Assembly: GCA_035455585.1 (NCBI GenBank)
Contig: DATIEW010000150.1
Span: 1-29,394 of the forward strand
Direction of reading: 5' to 3'
Length of the DNA: 29,394 nt
DNA from: Vicinamibacterales bacterium
GTDB taxonomy: Bacteria; Acidobacteriota; Vicinamibacteria; Vicinamibacterales; 2-12-FULL-66-21
This document shows, piece by piece, positions 23,706 through 29,394 of this stretch (its first letter is position 1; every line of letters starts with the position of its first letter). The notes below the pieces were generated by a model. That model searched no databases, was not told where the DNA came from, and was given only the letters and a program-made list of their open reading frames with translations. The translations under genes were made by a program, and so were the position numbers.

Positions 23706-25967
23706 TCACGCGAACAGGTCGGGACGCCGTGCCCGCAGGCTCTCGGACGCCGTTGCGAGCCACTCGCGGAGCCGTTCGCGCGACGCCTGGTAGTCAGCCT
23801 CCGCGATGGCGTCCGCTGCCGGAAAGTCGTTGCGCTTGAACTCGAGGACGTCCGGCGAGATGTAGACGTCGGCCAGGGCGGCCTTCTCGCGGCGATACGA
23901 GATCCCGCCGAACTCGATGACGCGCATGAGCACGAGCAGGATGCTGGGCCGGTAGATGCGCCTGCCGCGCGTGGGATTGAACCGGTGCCAGATCGCCCGC
24001 CACCCGGGGACGTCGTCTCCGTAGTCGGCTACGTGATCGAGCTCGTGCGGCGGTGAGACGTCCACGCCGATGACGATCCCCTCGTTCGAGAAGGTCCTCA
24101 TGACATCCACCGGCACGTTGTTGATCAGGCCGCCGTCCACGTGCAGCTCGCCGCCGATCACCACCGGGGGGAAGATGCCCGGCGCGCGCGAGCTGGCGAG
24201 GACGGCGTCGGCGAGGCTGCCGGACGTATGAACCTTCAGCTCCGCCCTGTTCAGGTTCGCGGACACGCAGAAGTAGGGAGTCCAGAGATCTTCGATCCGC
24301 GCGTCCCCGAAGAGCCCGCGGATGAACCGGCTGGCCTTGCCGCCGCGCTTGAAAGATAGAAAGGGCAGCGTCATGTCGTCGAACGAGTCGGCGAAGCCCG
24401 TACGCATCTCGCGGATGATCCCTTCGGATTCGGAGCCGCCAACCCACTGTGCCCCGACCAGCGCACCCATGCTCGCTCCGCCGATGGCGTCCACGGGGAT
24501 GTTCGCCTCGCGCAGGGCGCGAAGGACGCCGAGGTGGGCGAGGCCCCGGGCGAATCCGCCGCCCAGAGCAAGCCCGATCGCATTGCCGGTCAGGAACCTC
24601 GAGAGCCGCTCGTAGTCGGCATCGGCGCTTTTCCGGACATGGAGATGCCGTTCGAGCGTCCGTCCTTTCAACCAGCGCGCCGATCCCGTGGGAGCGGGGG
24701 CCGCGTCGCCGTGCAGCAGCGCGAGTGTGACGGGAGTCCGCCGGGAGCCGCGGGTCAGCAGTTCGGCCTCGATCTCGCCGGCAGCGCCGTCGCCCGCTGC
24801 GTCCGCTACCAGCAGCACTCGGTCCGCCTGCCGGACACAGCGCTCCGTCCAGGGGGACAACCGCGCGTCCGACTGATACAGGACGAACCGGTAGTCCACT
24901 TCCTGCTGCGCGAGCCACTCGACGAGGCCGAGAGTACCGCCCTCACGGTCGGGAGCCTGTGAAGCTCCGGGCCTCTCGAACCGCCGATCGACCCTTTCGC
25001 TCGTCAGATGCAGGGTGCGCCCCAGACGCGACAAAGCGGTCGCCAGCCTGGCTGCGAACTCGTGCAGGTTCACGCCGGGGGCCGCCGGCACGACGGCGAT
25101 TGTCGTGACGTCGGCGCGGCGCCGTCTGCCTCTCGACATGTCGCGTACGCGCGACACGAGCCGGCTGGTCAGCATGAAGAGCATCGACTGGGGATGGCGT
25201 GCCACGATTCGGGCGACCCCCTCCCTCGACAGCCGCGCGAGCTGCGAGTCGCGCATGGCGAAGACGGTGGCGGACCGCGGCTCGCCGCTGAGGACGGCCA
25301 TCTCGCCCACTGTCTCCCCGACGCCCAGCTCGGCGAGGACCGTTTCCGCTCCGTCCGCTTCGGACACCACCCGCAGCCGGCCGCTCACGACGATGTACAG
25401 ACTGTCGCCCTCGTCGCCCTGCCGGAAGAGCACTTCACCGCCGTAGAGCGCGACGGGCTCGAACTCCGCCCCGAGGTCCGCCAGCGCCTCCGCGTCCACA
25501 CGCGCGAACACCTCGCTCCGGTGCATGGTGGCCCAGAGCCGATGTCGGCGCAGCCGCGGTCGCAAGGCTTCCACGATCTGGAGAGCGCCCGCCGGCGAGC
25601 TGCGTGCGAACCGATCGAACCCTGCCCTGGTCAGCGCCGCAACGTCCGCGTCGCCTCGCGCGCGCACGCTCGCAGCCGCGGGCGCTTTCGAGAACAGGCT
25701 CACCTCGCCGACGATGCCGCCAGGCCCCACCTCGCCGTGGTGCGGTGAGCCGTGCCGGTCGACCGTCGCGGTCTCCAGCACGCCACTCAGAACCACGTAC
25801 AGCGCATCGGATGCACGATCCTGCTCGAGGAGGAGTTCACCATCGGACAGCGAGACGAGCGGCATCCCTGCCGCCAGAGAGCGAAGCTCGCCGTCCTCCA
25901 GGACACCGAACACGTCGGTCGATCGGAGCGTCGCTGCCAGCGACAATACGTCGCGATGCGGGATCAT
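23706..25967 (-). CDS. Patatin-like phospholipase with two N-terminal cyclic-nucleotide-binding domains (NTE/RssA-like)
   Basis: 753 aa. Two cNMP folds (LLEQDRASDALYVVLSG...GEVSLF; LFRQGDEGDSLYIVVSG...GEMAVLSGEPRSATV). Patatin motifs GGGFARG, GASMG and DGG. Confidence 0.93.
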   Translation of the reverse strand: MIPHRDVLSLAATLRSTDVFGVLEDGELRSLAAGMPLVSLSDGELLLEQDRASDALYVVLSGVLETATVDRHGSPHHGEVGPGGIVGEVSLFSKAPAAASVRARGDADVAALTRAGFDRFARSSPAGALQIVEALRPRLRRHRLWATMHRSEVFARVDAEALADLGAEFEPVALYGGEVLFRQGDEGDSLYIVVSGRLRVVSEADGAETVLAELGVGETVGEMAVLSGEPRSATVFAMRDSQLARLSREGVARIVARHPQSMLFMLTSRLVSRVRDMSRGRRRRADVTTIAVVPAAPGVNLHEFAARLATALSRLGRTLHLTSERVDRRFERPGASQAPDREGGTLGLVEWLAQQEVDYRFVLYQSDARLSPWTERCVRQADRVLLVADAAGDGAAGEIEAELLTRGSRRTPVTLALLHGDAAPAPTGSARWLKGRTLERHLHVRKSADADYERLSRFLTGNAIGLALGGGFARGLAHLGVLRALREANIPVDAIGGASMGALVGAQWVGGSESEGIIREMRTGFADSFDDMTLPFLSFKRGGKASRFIRGLFGDARIEDLWTPYFCVSANLNRAELKVHTSGSLADAVLASSRAPGIFPPVVIGGELHVDGGLINNVPVDVMRTFSNEGIVIGVDVSPPHELDHVADYGDDVPGWRAIWHRFNPTRGRRIYRPSILLVLMRVIEFGGISYRREKAALADVYISPDVLEFKRNDFPAADAIAEADYQASRERLREWLATASESLRARRPDLFA

Positions 25968-25993
25968 GATGACTTCTCAGTCGATGCACGGCC

Positions 25994-26228
25994 GCCGCCT
26001 GACCCACGCAGAATCGGTCAGGAGGCTCGTGAAACGCTCAGCCTGTGTGAGGAAGGCTCCGGTGGAAGTCAATACTACACGCGGAGGGTTGACCTCGCAC
26101 AGGCATCCGCAGCGCTTGGTGCTGCGGGCCTGGACGGCCAGCCGCGAGCAGCTGACGGGCGAGCTGCCCGCGTCGTGAAGGAGGGGACCTTCCCACACTG
26201 GCCTCTCACCCGTCAAGTAGAATGACGG
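25994..26228. other. Hairpin-dense divergent intergenic region; unidentified structured element
   Basis: At least six inverted repeats, the longest GCCTGTGTGAGG (26041-52) / CCTCGCACAGGC (26093-104). No known RNA family recognised. Confidence 0.35.
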
Positions 26229-26249
26229 CTGCTACTCCGGAGCTGACCA

Positions 26250-27104
26250 ATGAGATGGACTCGCGGCGATCGAAGGAACGTCGAGGACATGCGGGGACGA
26301 TCCGCCAGCATGCGGATGGGAGGGATTGGTCTGGGGGGCCTGCTGCTCGTGCTGTTGCTCACGTGGTTCACCGGGATGGACTTCCTCTCGCTCCTGGGGG
26401 GCGGCGGAGTGATAGTACCCGAGCCGGCTGGAACCTCCGGAGGGCCCGTCACCGCGTCTCCTGAAGAGGAGCGGCTCGTGGACTTCGTCGACGCCGTGAT
26501 GGAAGACGCGCAGTCCGTGTGGAGCGGGCTGCTCGACACCCGCTACCGGCGGACGACCACGGTGCTGTTCCGCGACGCGATCCAGTCCGCCTGCGGCTTC
26601 GCGCAGTCGGCGACGGGGCCGTTCTACTGTCCGGCGGATCAGCGCGTCTACCTCGATCTCGGTTTCTTCACCGAGTTGCAGAGACGGTTTGGCGCGCCCG
26701 GCGACTTTGCCCAGGCGTACGTGCTCACGCACGAGCTCGGCCACCACGTGCAATCGCTGCTTGGCATCGAGCGCCAGGTGCGGCAGCTGCAGCAGGCGCG
26801 CCCCGATCAGGCCAATCAGCTGTCCGTTCGCATGGAGCTGCAGGCGGACTGCTTCGCTGGTGTGTGGGGGCGTCATGCCGCGCAGCCCGGCCGCAGTGCG
26901 CTGGGGAGGGTCGAGCTGGAGCCGGGCGATCTCGAAGAGGGGCTGAACGCCGCCGCGGCCATCGGCGACGATCGGCTGCAGCGGATGGCAGGAACCCGGG
27001 TGGCGCCGGACCGTTTCACCCACGGGACCTCGCAGCAGCGCGTCAGCTGGTTCCGGCGCGGGTTCGAGACCGGCGATCCGCAGGCATGCGAGACGTTCCA
27101 GTGA
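26250..27104 (+). CDS. ypfJ: Neutral zinc metallopeptidase, YpfJ family, with one N-terminal TM
   Basis: 284 aa. SACGFAQSATGPFYCPADQRVYLDLGFF, GDFAQAYVLTHELGHHVQ (HExxH), SVRMELQADCFAGVW, AIGDDRLQ, FTHGTSQQRVSWF. Upstream TAGAAT (26218-23) and GGAG. Confidence 0.93.
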   Translation: MRWTRGDRRNVEDMRGRSASMRMGGIGLGGLLLVLLLTWFTGMDFLSLLGGGGVIVPEPAGTSGGPVTASPEEERLVDFVDAVMEDAQSVWSGLLDTRYRRTTTVLFRDAIQSACGFAQSATGPFYCPADQRVYLDLGFFTELQRRFGAPGDFAQAYVLTHELGHHVQSLLGIERQVRQLQQARPDQANQLSVRMELQADCFAGVWGRHAAQPGRSALGRVELEPGDLEEGLNAAAAIGDDRLQRMAGTRVAPDRFTHGTSQQRVSWFRRGFETGDPQACETFQ

Positions 27105-27114
27105 TTTTCGAGCG

Positions 27115-27137
27115 CTGAATGCTGAATGCTGATTGCA
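27115..27137 (+). repeat. Short TGCTGAA-type heptamer run
   Basis: GCTGAA-TGCTGAA-TGCTGAT-TGC; same family as 14141-14160. Confidence 0.7.
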
Positions 27138-27160
27138 GGATGTCCTCGATGAGGAGAACC

Positions 27161-28597
27161 ATGGAGTCACGCCGCATCCTGATGGCCGCCGTTCTGTGCG
27201 GTGTACTGACCGGCGCCGTCGGCGGCGATGCACGGACGCCGTCTCGCGATGCCACAATCGGAGAACGGAGCCAGGCGGCCGCACCGCGCACTGCCGGGGC
27301 CGAAGCGGCGGTCGCCGAACGGGTCGACGAGTACATGCAAGCGCAGGCGCGCGTCAACCAGTTCAGCGGGACCATCCTGCTGGCGCGGAACGGCGCGCCG
27401 CTCGTCTCGAAGGGCTACGGGTGGGCGAACGTCGAGTGGGAGATCCCCAACACCCCCCGCACGCGATTCCGGCTCGGCTCCATCACCAAGCAGTTCACGT
27501 CCATGGCCGTCATGCAGCTGCGGCAGCAGGGCCGGCTCGACGTGCAGGATCCCATCTGCAGGCACCTCACGCCGTGCCCGGATGCGTGGAAGCCTGTGAC
27601 GGTCCATCACCTGCTGACGCACACCTCCGGCATTCCCAGCTACACGAATCAGCCGGAGTACCGAAAGACGATGATGATTCCGAAGACGCTCGACGACATG
27701 GTGGCGGGATTCCGCGACCTGCCACTGGAGTTCGAGCCCGGATCGCGGTTCAGGTACAACAACTCCGGCTACTTTCTCCTCGGGATGATCATCGAGAAGG
27801 TGGCCGGGCAGCCCTATGAGCGTGTGCTCCGCGATCAGATCTTCGACCCGCTCGGCATGGACGACACTGGCTACGACCGTCCCGATACCATCCTGCCGCG
27901 CCGCGCATCCGGCTACAGGCGCACGCCGTCCGGGATTGGCAACGCCGCGTACCTCGACATGGTGCAGCCCTACGCGGCCGGCGCGCTGTACTCGACCATC
28001 GAGGATCTGCTGAAGTGGGATCAGGCGCTCTACACGGACCGCCTGCTGCCGGAGGGCGCGAGGACCGCGATGTTCACGCCGTTCAAGGAGAACTACGGCT
28101 ACGGCTGGGCGGTCCGGCCGCCCTCACCGGCCACGTTCAACAGGCGTCAGATCGATCATGGCGGTGGCATCAACGGCTTCTCCACCATGATCATCCGGCT
28201 TCCCGACGATCGGATCTCGGTGATCGTTCTCGCGAACAACGAGAATGCCGGCGCGGGGCGCGTGGCGCGCGATCTGCTCGCGATTCTCCTCGGCGAGCCG
28301 TACGAGCTGCCGGTGGTTCGAACCGTCGCGACAGTCGACAGGAGTCTCTACGACAGCTACGTCGGCGAGTATCAGCTCGCCCCGGCTTTCATCCTCACGA
28401 TCACCCGCGACGGCGATCGGCTCATGGCCCAGGCGACCGGCCAGCAGAAGCTCGAGATCTTCCCCGAGTCCGAGACGAAGTTCTTTCTGAAAGCCGTCGA
28501 AGCGCAGATCACCTTCGTCAAGGACGACCAGGGGAAGGTGACTCACCTGATCCTCCATCAGGGGGGCCGGGACCAGCAGGCGGCGAAGATCAAGTAG
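27161..28597 (+). CDS. Exported serine hydrolase, beta-lactamase class C / PBP family, with a C-terminal DUF3471-like domain
   Basis: Start ATG 27161 (GAGGAG SD; 478 aa). Signal peptide, SxxK (GSITKQF), YxN (YNNSGY), HGG triad equivalent (DHGGGING), C-terminal YDSYVGEYQL...IFPESETKFF. Confidence 0.93.
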   Translation: MESRRILMAAVLCGVLTGAVGGDARTPSRDATIGERSQAAAPRTAGAEAAVAERVDEYMQAQARVNQFSGTILLARNGAPLVSKGYGWANVEWEIPNTPRTRFRLGSITKQFTSMAVMQLRQQGRLDVQDPICRHLTPCPDAWKPVTVHHLLTHTSGIPSYTNQPEYRKTMMIPKTLDDMVAGFRDLPLEFEPGSRFRYNNSGYFLLGMIIEKVAGQPYERVLRDQIFDPLGMDDTGYDRPDTILPRRASGYRRTPSGIGNAAYLDMVQPYAAGALYSTIEDLLKWDQALYTDRLLPEGARTAMFTPFKENYGYGWAVRPPSPATFNRRQIDHGGGINGFSTMIIRLPDDRISVIVLANNENAGAGRVARDLLAILLGEPYELPVVRTVATVDRSLYDSYVGEYQLAPAFILTITRDGDRLMAQATGQQKLEIFPESETKFFLKAVEAQITFVKDDQGKVTHLILHQGGRDQQAAKIK

Positions 28598-28676
28598 TCC
28601 TTCGATCAGGCTCCGGTTGCACGACCCGCGCGCTTCGCGGGAACATCGGGGCGCCTCACCGGCGGGTGGAGTGACG

Positions 28677-29394
28677 ATGCGGAGTTGTTACGTGCTGGTG
28701 GTTCCTCTGCTCATGGCGGGCTCGTTCGGGCTTTCGAGGTCCCCGCTCCAGGCACAGACACCGGACATCCTGCAGGACCTGGAGAGCCCGATCCGTCCCC
28801 GCTCGGGAGTTCCGTGTCCGTCGCCGGACGTGTATTCACCTCTTCGGCCGGATCCGGCTGGGGTGCCAACCGTGGTCGGACTCAGCCTGGCGTTCCAGGA
28901 CGTTGCCCAGCTGAGCGATGTGGATCAGACGTTGACCGTGGACGTTTATCTGCTGGTCCGCTGGCGCGATCGCCGGCTGGCTGATCCGTCGCGGGGCGAC
29001 GGCTCGGCCGATTGTCCGATGCCAGGCGCGGAGCTGTGGATGCCTGCCATCGAACCCGACAACCTGCGTACGCGCCAGCAGTTCTATCAGGCCCACTTCC
29101 TGGTTGACGCGGACGGTCTCGTGACGGTCGGCCGGCGCTTCCTCGTGCAGGTGGCCAACCCTCTTGACTTTCGCAGGTTCCCTGTCGACACTCATCGGTT
29201 CCGGTTCACGCTCTGGCCCGTCGTGTCCCGGAGCGATGAAGTCCGATTCGTGGCTCTGAACCGGTTTCTGAGCCTGAACGACAGCCTCACCATCCATGGC
29301 TGGAACGTCGGCACCCTCACGGCGTCCGCGTCCGAGGGCGCCCGGGTCGGACGGGCCGGCATGTTTGCGCGATACGACGCCACGCTGGAGGTTC
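28677..29394 (+). CDS. Prokaryotic pentameric ligand-gated ion channel (GLIC/ELIC-like Pro-loop receptor): extracellular domain; TM domain lies beyond the right edge
   Basis: Hand-translated open frame of 239 codons from ATG 28677 (GGAG upstream), not in the ORF track. Signal peptide, RP57-58, PTVVGLSL, DQTLTVDVYLLVRWRDRRL, LWMPAIEPDN, and Pro-loop NPLDFRRFPVDTHRF (compare GLIC LDFRRYPFD and ELIC MDFRLFPFD). Confidence 0.86.
   Translation, partial: MRSCYVLVVPLLMAGSFGLSRSPLQAQTPDILQDLESPIRPRSGVPCPSPDVYSPLRPDPAGVPTVVGLSLAFQDVAQLSDVDQTLTVDVYLLVRWRDRRLADPSRGDGSADCPMPGAELWMPAIEPDNLRTRQQFYQAHFLVDADGLVTVGRRFLVQVANPLDFRRFPVDTHRFRFTLWPVVSRSDEVRFVALNRFLSLNDSLTIHGWNVGTLTASASEGARVGRAGMFARYDATLEV

Noticed and set aside
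23706-25967. CBASS/Pycsar-type anti-phage effector (cyclic-nucleotide sensor plus patatin)
   Set aside because: No CD-NTase or cyclase gene in the window, and the architecture fits the widespread NTE/RssA-like family.
25994-26110. SRP RNA, 6S RNA or cobalamin riboswitch identity for the structured spacer
   Set aside because: It lacks the SRP domain IV core (CAGG-stem-GNRA-stem-AGCAG), the long rod with central bubble of 6S, and the B12 box / GCCACUG pattern. Kept only as an unidentified structure.
27161-28597. Antibiotic-resistance beta-lactamase (ampC)
   Set aside because: SxxK/YxN/HGG with a DUF3471-like tail fits the broad serine hydrolase/peptidase group. Resistance cannot be inferred from the sequence.
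28685-29383. ORF-track entries 28685-28984 (+), 28836-29297 (-) and 29192-29383 (-)
   Set aside because: They are alternate-frame or antisense shadows of the ion-channel frame starting at 28677.

Overview
High-GC (about 70% by eye) bacterial window, most likely Acidobacteriota (Vicinamibacteria-like; inferred from the PadR/ADOP permease pair and gene style). It holds about 24 coding regions. In order: a TAXI-TRAP transporter (fused permease cut by the left edge, plus a lipoprotein binding protein); a signal-peptide-bearing PI3K/PI4K-like atypical kinase convergent with a signal-peptide-bearing Shewanella-like metallophosphatase; a helical hypothetical; a HAD hydrolase; a GT4 glycosyltransferase / LolD-like ATPase / 1112-aa FtsX-MacB permease / PQQ-type beta-propeller operon followed by a frameshifted propeller remnant; small membrane proteins, a GYD protein and an HdeD-family protein; PadR-ADOP divergent from a PlpD-like patatin-barrel gene; DUF3311 plus a sodium:solute symporter; DUF1579; a tandem-cNMP patatin; YpfJ peptidase; a beta-lactamase-family serine hydrolase. 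At the right edge is a prokaryotic pentameric ligand-gated ion channel ectodomain that the ORF track does not list. Many intergenic spacers contain 7-bp repeats of several sequence families (GGGAGTT, GGGCAAT, GGGCACA, AAGGAAC, TGCTGAA), including a 14-unit array between two apparently leaderless divergent promoters. No rRNA, tRNA, CRISPR array or transposase was seen. All family assignments come from motif recognition by eye, not database searches.
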